From the human T2T-CHM13v2.0 reference genome, Homo sapiens, in assembly GCF_009914755.1 (NCBI RefSeq), contig NC_060929.1: 64,000 nt of DNA; one strand, given 5' to 3'. Each line of letters begins with the position of its first letter. Within the stretch, counting starts at the first letter, position 1. Both the position numbers and the translations under genes were made by a program. Positions 1 to 14,689 of the stretch are shown here, piece after piece. The notes under the pieces were generated by a model. The model was not told the DNA's origin and did not search any database. It saw only the letters and a program-made list of their open reading frames with translations.

Positions 1-104
1 AGGCTTCCATGATACAAACCAATTAAAAACTCCTGCCTGTGGGGAAATCATGAGGATTGATTTACCTCTATATTAGTCATTAACTAATTTTGAAAGAATT
101 TGAT

Positions 105-385
105 TGTTTTTAGAATAGTTTTAGATTTACAGAAGAATTGCCAAGGTACAGAGAATTTCCATACACCCAGCATCCAGTTACATCTATAAATAACATCTGA
201 TATTAGTATGGTATATTTGTTACAATTAATGAACCAGTTATGACACATTATTGTTAACTAAAGTCCATACTTGATTTAGCTTCTCTTAGTTTTTGTCTAA
301 TGTCTTTCTTCTATTCCAGATCTCATCCAGGATGCCACATTACCTTTAGCCATCATGTCTCCTCAGACTCCTCTTGGCTATGAAT
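105..385 (-). mobile_element. Old L1M (L1MC-like) 3' UTR fragment
   Basis: TTTAGATTTACAGAAGAATTG...ACAATTAATGAACC...TTAACTAAAGTCCATAC motifs resemble the antisense L1MC 3' end. Confidence 0.65.
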
Positions 386-1145
386 CAACTCATTTTTGAC
401 CTAAGTTGTTTAATGTTTTGGTTCTCATTTTCCAATTCTAATTTCCATCTATGCTACACCAGCAAATAGACATATTTCAGATCTTTCAAGTTAACACCTC
501 CACCATTTTCAGTAGGGGAGTTTTATTTAGTTGACAGTCTTCTGTACCAGGTCCAGGTAAGTGGTAGGTAGATCTGTTTCAAACATGCTCTGCCCTCCTG
601 TAGGTGGTAGAGACACATACCTGTTACAACTTCATGTTGTTACTGACCCTTACAGCCATTCCTTGATTTGGAGCAACTTTCCATCTTAAATACCTTGACA
701 TATATATAAACAGTGGCTAATAGGTGAAAATACTGCAAGAAAGAAACTTTTATGATAAGAATCACTCAACTTAATTCTACAATGCATAAAGCTTACATTG
801 GGCAGTCAGCAATGGTTGCCACCATCAGCTTGTAAATATCCTTTGAAGTAAATCCTATTTGATAGATTCAACAGATAATATACTAAGAATTGTGCTATAT
901 CATTGTATCCAGATGTCAGGGTCAATTTAGAGAGAAGGTGTTACTCATCAGAGCCACTCCTCTTTCTCCCTCCCTCTCTCAGAAAAATGACTTCTTATCT
1001 TCAACATTTTATATTTATCTGATCTTTGGTTCAGCACAGTTATGGAAATATCATTTATGATTGTGAATTTCTGTGAATGTGAAGATTATCTCAAAAGAAA
1101 GAGTTGCTTATTGAGGCTATCTATCAATCATATATTAATCTATCA

Positions 1146-1234
1146 TTCATCCATCCATCCCATCCATTTATCCATCCATCCATCCATCCATCCATCCATC
1201 CATCCATCCATCCATCCATTCATCTATCCATCCA
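1146..1234. repeat. (TCCA)n microsatellite
   Basis: Tandem TCCA/CATC units seen directly. Confidence 0.97.
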
Positions 1235-1383
1235 TGCAACATGAGGATATGACAATTTCACCTTTGTAAAGCACCTAAGATGAGTAGAAGACAGGGAGTT
1301 AGCTAATAGTGCTATGAAGGTGAAGTCTAAGTTGAGGGATGAGATATCAACTGAAGGAGAATTTATCTGTAATAGTAAGTGGG

Positions 1384-1590
1384 CCAGTCATTTGCTTATT
1401 TTCTCTCAGATCCATTCTTAACCCTTCTCTAGCCTTGCTTAGCATCACAGATAATTACATTTCCCAGGATCCATTGCAAATCGACTTTCTCCTAAGATCA
1501 GCCAATGGGAGCTCTGGTGGGAGCTTAGAGGAAGGGAGGTAAGAATAAATCATGATATATCAAATCTTCCTACCTCCCTCTCTACACACA

Positions 1591-1643
<53 letters not shown>

Positions 1644-2015
1644 CTTTGCCACAAGCAGCAAAGCAGCATCTCTGACAGGAGCTTCATCTCTTCTATGACT
1701 CTTGCTTCTGCTAGGTAGACTCACCCCTCATGGTCCCAGCTCCTGCAGAGCAGACCCTCCCCTGCAGGTAAAAATTTGCCAGGCAGCCCTGTCTGCTGGG
1801 CTCCAGTAATACCGCCTCATCCCCCTCTCCCCCCTTTTTTTTAACGTCTGGTTTTTTTTTTTTTAAAAAAGGTCGAAATAGACTTTTTTGCTGTTGCTAA
1901 TCATCTCTGGGTTGGTTGCCTCATCTCTGTTTAGCTTCTCAGCTCTTTCATCACCTATGTAACCCTAAAATATCTAAACCCTCTATCTAAATTCCATGTT
2001 TAAAATATGTAGAGC
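1384..2015 (+). mobile_element. Ancient ERVL-class LTR (LTR33-like) interrupted by (CA)n
   Basis: CCAGTCATTTGC...CAGATCCATTCT...CAGCCAATGGGAG...TTGCTGTTGCTAAT motifs resemble LTR33-family LTRs. Confidence 0.5.
1584..1641. repeat. (CA)n microsatellite, ~29 units with one interruption
   Basis: Seen directly. Confidence 0.98.
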
Positions 2016-4159
2016 AATATACTAAGTATAAACCATTTATTATGGCAGATGGTCCTGGGCATACAGGATAGGACTCCCAACATGGGAGAGGCGCCCAATA
2101 GCTGGGAGCTATAGTCCAGGTTTCTGGCTGTCACTGTCATTCATCATGATTGTAACCACTTAAGTGGATGAAAGAGTCAGGTCAGCTGCCCTGAAATGGA
2201 GCAGCTCCTCAGAAAACTTTCACCTCTGTTTGGAGTTCCATGAGAAGTATCTCAGCTGCCTGATTCTCCCTTGTCAATAAGCCCACAGCTGGCCGGCCCT
2301 ATACAACTGTTTGAGAAGATGCCTTTTCAAGTGCAAGCCAGCCAGCACCAGTTCCTTTTCTCCTCCATCTACTTTCTGTTCCCAAAGCCTAGAGTAGTGG
2401 GAGGAAGAAGTAATAAAGCAGCTGAAATAAGCTCAAAGTCTCTGTTTTTATATCATGTGGCCTTAAGACAAGGAGAACCTTGACTAGGGGATTAGAATCT
2501 TATTCAAATCTAATGTGAATGTGTATCCATTCCCTTTGGTATACAGAAAAAGCATTGTTTGTTGAAGCCAATGCTAAATGATGTTTACTTGAAAGTAGAC
2601 AGGAGAGGAACAAGCAATGATTCCTCCTGTAAGTCATATGGGCATGGATTTACATTAGCTGCATGCCAGAGATGGGGAGGTGGGTACCCACAGGTACACC
2701 AAGCAGCTTTAGTGAGGAATTGAATGGCAACATTTATACTCATTATACTAAATGATTTCCCTTATTTCTATAGCAATTGAATCCCTCTCTCCCTTTTACT
2801 CCTCATTCCCAGGCTCCCACTGCATGGTCTGCGTGTTGAGGGGGTTGGGGGAAAGGCAGGCATAGAGGGAGAAGATGACGGGAAAGATGAAAGGAATGTA
2901 ACTAAAAAAAAATCTACTTTAGGAAGGACACGATAGAGCTTATTTCTTCCCAAATCTGGGTCCTTGTTTTCACTTCCCTCTTACAGTACATTCCATTCTT
3001 TTTCCTTCCCTGCCCACCTTGCACCCATTTTCTAATGCTTCTAATGACCTCAGGAGTAACGAAGAATCTTCCTGTGTCTCCTCATTCCTAGTAAACAGCA
3101 AACCTATAGAGTTTGCTTCTAGGTCTTGTGGTAGTTGCCAAGATGAGGTATCATGTGGTCAGAGCATTTTCCAAGTGAATTGAGAATTGGAGGCAATTCA
3201 ATTTTTTCCCATGAAAAAGTCCATTAACTTTCCAGGGAGAAGGCATAGGAGTACTCCTGCTTATTCACTTTTTGGGGCAAGGGTGATCTCCTAGGTAAGA
3301 TTTTTAGTACTGGGTCCTTCTTGGATGGTTTACTGGATGCTTGGTGAGGAATTAAAAGAAAAAAAAGGACCTGAGGTCTTCTCCCCTGCTTTCCATCTAA
3401 TTCCTTCCCATTCTTTCCCTGCAGGTTAGCACTGGGCTTTTCCAGCTCTAAACTCACGAGGGCTTGAACTCAAGCACTTATTAGGCCTTAACTTCTTATG
3501 TGTTTTATTTGTTCCACTAGTTCTTCCCAAAGCAAGAAAGTGTTCAGTAAATATGTACTGCATAATTGATTGGTGGCCTAGCCTTTAAGGAATGTAGTTT
3601 AGGACACAGATCACATCTGGCAAAGATTGACTTTGTTCAGTAGGCATGAGTTTTTTAAAAATTTCTTTTTTTTGTTTAAGTATGATTTGGCTTTTCCTAT
3701 GAATTTGAGTTCTTTTAGGCAGTATGCATGCTCCAGTTTGACCACAGTTTTCTCTCATTCCACCCACCCCCAAAATTTCCTACTATCCCATAGTAGTATA
3801 AAATGCTTTACTCATTTCTGTAACCTGCCTGGCCCCATGCAGTCTTTTGTTTTTGATCCCTTTGGTCATATTCCCTTTAGTAATTCTATGTGTTTTAGAG
3901 GTTATTGAATAAAATTCTAAGTTGTGTGTTGCTAATAAATGTCACACACCCAGAGAAGGTCTTGGTGTGGGCCAGGGAAGAGAGAAGGTAAAGCTGGGCT
4001 AGCTTTTTGGTCTATTTTTACTGTGTCTTGTCTTCCCAACTAGCATATGAGTGCTTAGGATATATACCATCTATTTGTCATTTTGTATTTATAATTCTTT
4101 TACTTCTTTCCCATATAGTAGAGGTTCAATGTAATATGTTTTATAAATTGTCCTTGCTA

Positions 4160-5860
4160 TTTTTTAAAGACGAACTTTATTTTTTGGTGCAGTTTTAGGT
4201 TAACAGAAAAATTGAGTAGAAGGTACAGGGATTTTCCATAACTTCCTTACCATAATTACGCATAGCTTCTCGCACTATCAAAATTCCACACTAGAGTGAT
4301 ATTTTTATTATAATCAATGAACCTGCATTGATACCCCATTATCATCCAATGTCCATAGTTTACATTAGAGTTCACTTTGGTGTTGTACATTCTATGGCTA
4401 TTGACAAATGGATAATGATATGTATCCACCATTGCAGTATCATGCAAAGTAGTTTCACTGCCCTAAAAAGCCATTGTACTCTGCTTATTCTTCCTTCTTT
4501 CTGCCCTAACTCCAGGCAATCACTGATCCTTTTACTATCTCCACAGTTTTGCCTTTTCTAGAATGTCATATGGTTGGTATCACACAGTATGTAGCCTTTT
4601 CAGATTGGCATTTAGTTTCCTCCATGTCTTTATGGCTCATTTCTTTTACTGCTGAATAATATCCCATATCCCAGATATACTAAAGTTTATTTATTTATTA
4701 TTTATCCATTCATGTACCAAAGGACATTGTGGTTGTATCTAAGTTTGGGCAATTATGGATAAAACACTATACGCATTTGTGTGCACGTTTTTGTGTGGAC
4801 TGAAGTTTTCAACTCATTTTGGTAAATACCAAGAAGCACAATGGCTAGTTTGTAACATAAGAGAATGTTTAGGTTTTTTTTTTTTTTTAAGAAACCAACA
4901 AACTGTCTTCTAAATTGGCTATACCATTTTGCATTCCTACCAGCAGTTAATGAGAACTCCTGTTACTCTACACCCTGACTAATTTAGTGTTGTCATTGTT
5001 CTGGACAGCCAGAACACAAGTCATTTTAATAGGTATGTAGTAGTATCTTCTTGTTTTAATTTTTAATTCCCTAATGACATATGATGTTGAACATTTTTTC
5101 ATATGCTTACCTGGCATCTGTATATCTTCTTTGATAAGGTGTCTGTTCATGCCTTTTGCCCATTTAAAAATCAGGTTCATTTTCTCATTGTTGAGCTTTA
5201 ACAGTGCTATACTTTGGTTTATTTGACCCTTCCAAATCTCATGCTGAATTGATCCCCAATGTTGAAAGTGGGGCCTAATGAGAGATGTTTGGATCATGAG
5301 GACGGATCCCTCATGAATGTCTTGATGCTGTCCTCGCAGGAATGAGTGAGTTCTTGCTCTACTAGTTGCCATGAGTGCTGGTTGTTAAAAAGACTCTAGC
5401 ACCTCCCCTCTTCTCTCTTGCCTCCTCTTTCAGCATGTGATCTCTGCACATGCTGGCTCCCTTTGGTCTTCTGCCATGGGTGAAAGTAGCCTGAGATTCT
5501 CACCAGAAGCAGATGCTGGTGCTATGCTTCACAGTATGTACAGCCTGCAGAAATGCAAGCCAAACAAACTTTTTTTATAAAGTTCATAAATCACCCAGTC
5601 TTAAGCATTCCTTTATAGCAACACAAATGAACTAGGACAGTTACTTTGGTATATTTTGGATACCAGCTCTTTATCAGACATATCTTTCACAAATATTTTC
5701 TTCAGGTCAATGACTTGTTATTCTCTTGACAGTATCTCTTGCAGAGAAGAAGATTTTAATTTTAATAAAGTCTAGCTTTTCAATAATTTATTTGATCAAT
5801 CATGGATTTGGTGTTATATCTAAAAAGTCATCACTATGCCTTAAGTCATCTAGGTTTTTT
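4160..5860 (-). mobile_element. L1M (L1MC/MD-like) 3' end and ORF2 C-terminus, split by an MST LTR
   Basis: Antisense L1 3' UTR; ORF 4968-5372(-) contains KWAKGMNRHLIKEDIQM (L1 ORF2 C-terminal motif). Confidence 0.85.
5206..5639 (+). mobile_element. MaLR solo LTR (MSTB-like)
   Basis: TGCTATA...CAAATCTCATGCTGAATTGATCCCCAATGTTG...TTTATAGCAACACAAATGAACTAGGACA; TG...CA termini. Confidence 0.88.
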
Positions 5861-6054
5861 CCCACCAAAGCTAAACAGTTGTCCAAATGTATGATCTATT
5901 TCTAAACTCTATTCTCTTTCATTGGTCTAGATCAATTTATCTATTAATATCTTGATGCCAACACTACAAGTGTTTCAATTATTGCAGCTTTATTACATTT
6001 ATTAATATATCCATTATTTATTAATGAAATATCAATTATTATTATTATTTTAAT

Positions 6055-8470
6055 TATATCTTATTTTAGATTCAACAGTATTGTGCATGTGTGTTACATG
6101 GGTATATTGCATACTGGTGGGGATTGGGTTTCTAGAGTACCCATTACCCAAATAGTGAACATTGTACCCAATGGGTAATTTTTCAACTCTTGTCTCTCAC
6201 AAAACCCCTCCCCCATTTTGAAGTTCCCAGTGTCTATTATTCCCATCTTTATGTCCATGTGTACCCATTGCTGAGCTCCCACTTATAAGTGAGAACATGG
6301 AGTATTAATTTTCTGTTTCTGAGTTAGTTCACTTACAATAATGGCCTTCAGCTCCATCCATGTTGCTGCAAAGAATATGATTTAATTTTCTTTAACCAAT
6401 GATATTGGTAATTTGATAGAGATTGCATTGATTCTGTAGATTGCTTTGGGCAGTATGGATATTTTATATGGTACTATGTGGTATTCCATGGTATATATAT
6501 ACCACACATTTTATTTTTCCAGTCAACTGTCGATGGACACTTAGGTAGGTTCCATGATTTTGCTTTTGTGAATCATAATTATATATTTTTTGGATTTGGT
6601 CACACTAGTGCAGGTCTCTTTGTATAATGACTTTGTCTTCCTCTGGGTAGATACCTAGCAGGGGGGTTGCTGGGTCAAATGGTAGTTCTGTTTTTAGTTT
6701 TTGGAGAAATATTTTTGAGAAATATGCATATTGTTTTCCACAGAGGTTGAACTAATTTACAGCCCCACCAACAGTGTACAAGCATTCCCTTTTCTCCACA
6801 TCCATGCCAATGTCTGTTGTTTTTTTGACTCTGTAATAATAGCTATTCCGACTGGTGTAAGATGATATCTTGTTTTTGAGTTCCTTGTCGATTCTGGATA
6901 CTAGTCCTTTGTCAGAGTGATAATTTGCAAATATTTTCTCCCATTCTGTAGGTCATCTTTTACTCTGTTGATTATTTCTTTTGCTGTGCAGAAGCTTTTT
7001 AGTTTAAGTAAGTCCCATTTGTCTATTTTTGTTTTTGTTGCATTTGCTTTTGGGGGCTTCATCATAAATTCTTTGTCTAGGCCAATGTCCAGAAGAGTTT
7101 TCCTAGATTTTCTTCTCAATTTTTAATAGTTTCACGTCTTACATTTAAGTCTAATTCATGTTAAGTTAATTTTTTTTATGTCATAAGAGATAGGGATCTA
7201 GTTTCATTCTTCTGTGTATGGCTAGCCAATTTTCACAGCACCATTTATTGAATAGAGTGTTCTTTCCCCCATTGCTTATTTTTGTTGACTTGGTTGAGGT
7301 GCGTAGGTATGTAGCTTTATTTCTGGGGTTCTCTATTCTGATCCATGTCTATTTTTGTTCCAGTACCATGCTGTTTTAGTTACTACAGCCTTTTAGTATA
7401 ATTTGAAGTCAGGCAATTTGATTTCTCCAGATTGTTCTTTTTGCTTAGAATTGCTTGGGCTATTTGGGCTCTTTTTTGGTTACATATGACATTTAGCATT
7501 TTTTCTAATTCTGTGAAAAATGATACTGGCAATTTGATAGAAATTGCATTGATTCTGTAGATTGCTTTGGGCAGTATGGATATTTTAACAATATTGATTC
7601 TTCCAGTCCATGAGCATGGGATGTTTTTCCATTTGTTTGTGTCATCTATGATTTCTTTCAGCAGTGTCTTGTAGTTCTCCTTGCAGAGATCTTTCACCTC
7701 CTTGGTTAAATGTATTCCTAGGCATTTTATTTTTTGGTGGCTATTATAAATGGCATTGCGTTATTGATTTCATTCTCAGCTCGAATGTTTTTGTTGTAGA
7801 GACATGCTACTGATTTTTGTACATGGATTTTGTATCCAGAAACTCGACTGAAGTCATTTATCAAGTTTAGGGTCTTATGGAAGAATCTTTAGGGTTTTCT
7901 AGGTATATGATCATGTTATCAGTGAACAGAGATAACTTGACTTTCTCTTTTCTAACTTGGATGTCTTTTATTTCTTTCTCTTGCCTGACTGTTCTGGCTA
8001 GGACTTCAGTACTATGTTGAATAGGAGTGGTGGGAATGGACATCCTTGTCTTGGTCCAGTTCTAAGGGGGAATGTTTTCAACTTTTCCCCATTCAGTATG
8101 ATGTTAGTTACGGGCTTGTCATATATGGCTCTTATTATTTTGAGGTATGTTTCTTTGATGCCTAATTTGTTGAGGGCTTTCATTATGAAGGGATGTTGGA
8201 TTTTACTGACTGCCTTTTCTGTATATATTGAGATGATCATATGGTTTTTGTTTTTAGTTCTGTTTATACAGTGAATCACATTTATTGATTTGTGTATGTT
8301 GAAACATTATTTCATCTCTGGAGCAAAACCTGCTTGATTGTGATATATTCTCTTTTTGATGTGCTGTTGGATTCAGTTTGCTAGTATTTTGTTGAGGATT
8401 TTTGCATCTTTATTCATCATGGATAATGGCTTGTAGTTTTCTGTTGTCATTGTTGTGTCCTTGCCTGATT
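6055..8470 (-). mobile_element. L1PB-like (L1PB3/4) 3' portion, ORF2 remnant
   Basis: Minus-strand ORFs give L1 ORF2 peptides ([18 protein letters not shown]; [25 protein letters not shown]; [17 protein letters not shown]); L1PB-type 3' UTR. Confidence 0.92.
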
Positions 8471-8499
8471 TGGGAATTTAAATATTTATTATTGAAATC

Positions 8500-11400
8500 A
8501 GCTAGTATTGGAACTTCAACTGTTTTCAAAGTAGTTTTTGACTACTCTGGATCCTTCGCATTTCTGTATTAATTTTAGAATCAGTTTATCAATTTATACA
8601 AAAAGCCTGCTGGCCTTTTGATTGGGATTGCTTTGAACATATAGATTAATTTGAAAAAACTGATAACAATAACTTAACTGATATTGTAACAACTTTAGAC
8701 TCATGAACAAAATATATTTAGGTTTTCTATTTAGGTTTTCAATTCTCATGACAATGTTTTATAGTTTCAGCATACAAATCTTGCCTAATATTGGTTAGAT
8801 TTATACCTAAATATTTTGTATTATTATATTGTTATAAACAGCAACCTTTAAATTTAAACCTCAAATTGTTCATGAATAGTATATAGAAGTACAATTGATA
8901 TTTATATATTGATTATGTATCCAGCAATCTTGTTAAATTAATTTACTAGTTCTAGTAGGTTTCTGTAGATTACATTGGACTGTCTATATAGATAATAATT
9001 TTCAGCAAATAAAGAATTTTACTCTACCTTTCAATGAGGATGATTTTTTTCTCTTATTGCACTCACAATAAATTGTTATCAACTTACAAGAAATTGTTAA
9101 CAATGTGTGAATCTACATATATGAGGGATATAGCATAAGTTTCATATGTTAAAACATCATTTTCATTTTGTTATAATGAAGTTTCATTTTGTTATAATGT
9201 CTTATTTGGTTTTGATATTATGACAATGCTAGCTTCATAGAATGATTTAGGAAATATTCGCTTTTCTGAATGTTTTTAGAAGAGTTAGTGTGGAACTGCT
9301 ATTATTTCTTCCATAAAAGATTGGTTGAATTCTCTAGTGAAGTCTTTGGGGCTTGGAGGTTTATTTTTTTTTATTTTTTATTTTTTATTTTTTTTTCTGG
9401 GAAGGTTTTTAACTACAAATTCAATTTCCTTAATAGATATGAGCTACTCGGGTTGTCTATTTTTTCTTACTTAAGCTTTGCTAGTTTGAGCTTTCAGATA
9501 ATTTGTCTATTTCATCTATGTGTATAATTCATTGACATAAAGTTGTTCGTATTCCTTTACATTTTTAATGTCAGCCTCTCATTATCCAAGTTGGTAATTT
9601 GTGCCATCTTTCTTTTATCCTGGTCAGTCTGGCTAAAGTTTTTTATTTATTTTATTGGTCTTCTTATAGAACCAGCTTTTGGTTTCATTGATATTCTCTA
9701 TTGTTTTTCTCTTAATTCATTTCTATTCTAATCTTTATTATTCCTTTCTTCTGTTTAGCTTTAGTAGGTTTGTTTTCTAGTTTTCTAAGGTGGAAACTGA
9801 TATTATTGATTTGGGACCTTTCTTACATTCTACCATGGACATTTAGTTCTATAAATTCCCTCTCTAAATAGATGCTTTAGCTACATGCCATAGTTGTATT
9901 TTTTACTGCTATTGAGTTCAAAATACTATCTAATTTCTCTTTTGATTTCTTTTCTGATTGATGGGTCAAATAATGGTGTTACTAGGTTCTAAATATTAGA
10001 GGATTTTCTGGATTCCTTTCTTTTATTGATATCTAATTTATTTCACTTGTGGTCAGACAGCATACTTTGTATGACTTGAACCTTTGCCTTTTAATTAATT
10101 GTTTTTATTGAATTTTTTATAATTCAATTTTATCCCTCGTTGGGTCATTAGCTATAACTGATTCATCATATTAGTAGTTGCTTTAGGGTTTATAGCACAC
10201 ATCTTTAAACTACTACAATTTACCTTCAAGTGAGATTATAATATTTCGCATATAACATTCAATAGCACACATTCATTTCTCTCCTTCTGGCTTAAATGCT
10301 ATTTTTTTTACACATCTTATTTGTTGTATGTATATATCCCACAATACAGTGTTATCATTGTGCTTAATAAGATATGAAAATTAAACAAATATTATATATT
10401 TACCATGTCATTTCTATTTCTGATTATCTTCATTCCTTTGTGTAATTCCAGATTTCTATCCAGTATCATTTTCTATTATCTGAAGTTCGGTTGTGATAAA
10501 TATTTATTTTAAAAGATAGTTTTGCTGGGTATAAACTTGTAGCTTGATTTTTTTTTTATTTTTCCTTTCAGTACTTTAAAGATGCAGCTCTACCATCTTT
10601 TTACTTGTGCTTTTTTCCACTGAGAAACTTGTCGACATCCTTTTCTGTGTTTCTCCACATATAATGTGTTATTTTTTTTCTCTGATTGCATTTAGGAGTT
10701 TTTCTTTATCACAATTTTTCTCAATGGTTTTAAGCAATTTGGTTATTATTTGTCTTGGTATAGTTTTCTTCACGTATCTTGGGCTTGGGGTTTATGGAGT
10801 TTTTTGATCCATGGGTTTATAGTTTCATCGTTATTTCTTCAACTATCTTTTGCGCCTTATCCACCTTCCTTTGGGGACTCTAGTTATACATATAACAGGC
10901 TGCTTGAATTTGTCGTACATCTCACTGATGCTCTCTTTATTAAAATTTAAAAAAATTTATCTGTGTTTCATTTGGTTAGTTTCCATTATTTTGCCTTCAA
11001 CTTCATTCATCTTTTTTTCTACTAAAATGTATCTCTCAACATTTGATTTGATTTTTAAAAAAACTTTCATCTCTGATTAATTTATTGAAAATATATAGTT
11101 ATAACAATAACTATATTAATGCCCCATCTGCTAAGTCTAACATCTGTGTCACTGCTAGTTGGCATCAATTGGTTGATTTTTGTGCTGGTGTGAGATATAT
11201 TTTCTTGCTTCTTTGTATGCCTTGTAATCTCTTTTTTTTTCCTTTGGAGACAGAGTCTCACTCTATTGCCCAGACTGGAGTGCAGTGGTATGATCTCGGC
11301 TCACCGCAACTTCTGCCTCCCGGGTTCAAGCCATTCTCATGTCTCAGCTTCCTGAGTAGCTGGGATTACAGGTGTGTGCCATCATGCCCAACTAATTTTT

Positions 11401-12230
11401 GTATTTTTAGTAGAGACGGGGTTTCTCCATGTTGGTCAGGCTGGGCTTGAACTCCTGACCTCAGGTGATCCACCCGCCTTGACCTCCCAAAGTGCTCGGA
11501 TTACAGCCTTGAGCTACCACCTGTATGCCTTGTAATCTTTAATTGAATGCCAAACATTGTGGTTTTACCCTCTTTGTGCTCTGGATATTTTTGTATTTCA
11601 ATGACTAAAACTATGTCTTGGGATGTAGTTAAGTCACTCATAAACTGTTTAACCCTTTTGGGTTCACTTTTTAAGAGTTGTTAGGTAGAATCAGTGGAGC
11701 ATTTAGTCTAGGACTAATCTTCCCTTTACTGAAGAAACTTCCTTTTGAGTTATTTCCCATGTCCTATTAATGATCAGGTCTACCTGTCTGGCTAGTGCAA
11801 ACAGGCATATTCTGACCTTTTTATTCTTTTCCTGGTCAGAAGTGGTTTCCTTGTATGTATGTACCAATCAGTATACAGTTAAGTACTTATCTTTAGAATG
11901 ATTTTTTCTGTGCAGCTCTCTCAAGTAATCTGTCTGGTAAATTCAACCTTCCTTTGTCTTGTCAGTTAGCACTGTCTCTTCAATGCAGGAAGTGTGCTGG
12001 GCTTCACCTGGGATCCCCCACCTTGTACTGCAGACTGTAAACTCTCAAGAGATTAAGCTAGGGCGACAGAAGGGCTCATCTCATTTGTTCCCCACCTTTC
12101 AGAGATCACACTGCCCTTTGTTCCCTGAATTCTAGTGTATTGAAAATGGTAATTTAATGCGTTTTTCCTGTTTTTAAAAATTTCAGATGGTAGGGTAAGT
12201 CTCTTCTTGTTGTTAATCTACTACAACAGC
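8500..12230 (-). mobile_element. Degraded old L1M fragments (ORF2/ORF1/5' parts)
   Basis: T-rich antisense L1 motifs, e.g. AACCAGCTTTTGGTTTCATTGAT, AAAGATAGTTTTGCTGGGTATA, TTTCAGTACTTTAAAGATG. Confidence 0.7.
11231..11521 (-). mobile_element. AluS with 17-bp TSD
   Basis: Alu sequence; TSD TGTATGCCTTGTAATCT at 11214-11230 and 11522-11538; slightly 5'-truncated. Confidence 0.96.
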
Positions 12231-12434
12231 AGAAGTCATTATATTTTTATTACGCTGTTTTTGCTTTATTATAGATCTATAGATTATCATTTAAAAAATT
12301 TTTTGGTGTGCTGTTTAAGCACTCTTTGGCTATTTCAGACCTCCAAAGGTATTTCCTTTATTTTTACTTTAAATGTTTTGGTTTACATTTTACATTTAGG
12401 TCTGCAATCAATCTAGATCGAATTTTGTATACGG

Positions 12435-13025
12435 TGTAAACAAAAAATAAAATTCAAAGGCCTCCCAATCATCTGAATGGACCCCTTCTCTTGGCAAAGG
12501 GCATTCCAAAATAACGTGAAAAACAAGTTAAGGCCATGACGGGAATGGAGTACTGAACATCCCTCACTATACTCTTTTCCCTTTTGGAATTACTGATAGA
12601 ACAGACTCTTTAAGTCTGATAAGAAACATTTACAATCTATTATCTCTGAAGCCTGCTACATGGAGGCTTTATCTGCATGACAAAACCTTGGTCTCCATTC
12701 TCCCTTATTGTAACCTAGACATTATTTTCTATTAATAATATCTCTTTCAACAATTTGTCAATCAGAAAATCTTTGAATCTGCCTATGACTTTGAAGCCCC
12801 CACTTCCAGTTGTTCTGCTTTTCCAGACCAAACCAATGTACATCTTACATGTATCAATGGACACTTTATGTCTCCATAAAATCTATAAAACCAAGAGGTG
12901 GCCTGACCACCTTGGGCACATGTTCTCAGGATCTTCTGAGGGTTGTGTTATGGGCCACTGATCACTCATATTTGGCTCAGAATAAATCCCTTTAAATATT
13001 TTAGAGTTTGACTGTTTTGTCGACA
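12435..13025 (+). mobile_element. ERV1 solo LTR, MER4 group
   Basis: Starts TGTAAACAAAAAATAAAATTC, ends AATAAATCCCTTTAAATATTTTAGAGTTTGACTGTTTTGTCGACA; 4-bp TSD ACGG/ATGG. Confidence 0.85.
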
Positions 13026-13108
13026 ATGGAGTGAAGTAGGGGGTCAAAAACATTTTTTCATATGGACATTTAATTGACCTACCATTACTTATTGAAAAGA
13101 CCATTCTT

Positions 13109-13860
<752 letters not shown>

Positions 13861-14689
13861 TTGGCCTGCTCAATATTTTAAAAGTTGCTTATATAAATAA
13901 GGACCATTAATTCATTTTCTCCTCCTAAGATCTCACAATGGTAAGAAAAACCAGACATGGTTTCTGTCTTCATGAAGCTTATAGTCTAGTGATATTGAAA
14001 ATATTATCATATTCATAGTGCAAGTATTATAGTAATTTCGTATAATTAAAGCAACCATATAAGTCACATTAAATTAATACTGCTAATTTGAATTCTATAA
14101 ATTTTATGACTTTATTTTTGCTTTATACATTTATTTAGGTTTTATTATATAAGATCAACAGGTTTAACAGCATGATAAAAATATTTTAACATTGGGAGAT
14201 CAACAAGAACTTTTTCCTTTTTGCAAAACATCTTATATCACTCAAGTTTGAAAACCAGTTTAAGGAAATGGTTTTTGGCTAATTTATGTTATTTTCCAAA
14301 TTAAATGTCAAACATAGATGCAATCATAGACACATTAACTCAAAAAACTGTTCAAAAGTAGCCTCTAAGTCTTTGGATAAAGATTTTAGTTTCTGATGGA
14401 ATTTTCTCCTGAAGGTAGAAGAAAACCTTCTACCTAAAAACTCTTTTTTTCAGTGTAACATGTCAGAGGAAAAATGCTGATATATGAAAAGACAGAATGT
14501 TAGCTCCAAATCTATTATAGTCTATGAAAAGTTAACTTGTGGTTTTTAGTCATTTGTATTTGGGCCATTATTCATACCTGGTTAAAACACCAACGTTATC
14601 TTGGTAGTGTTCATCTGAGAAAGAAAAATTATATAAATATATGAGGTATTTGTTTTGCATTGAGCTCACAACCAGTGTGTTTTAAATAA

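Noticed and set aside
9161-9199. Tandem duplication TTTCATTTTGTTATAATG (21-bp period)
   Set aside because: Ordinary slippage duplication in AT-rich old L1 sequence.
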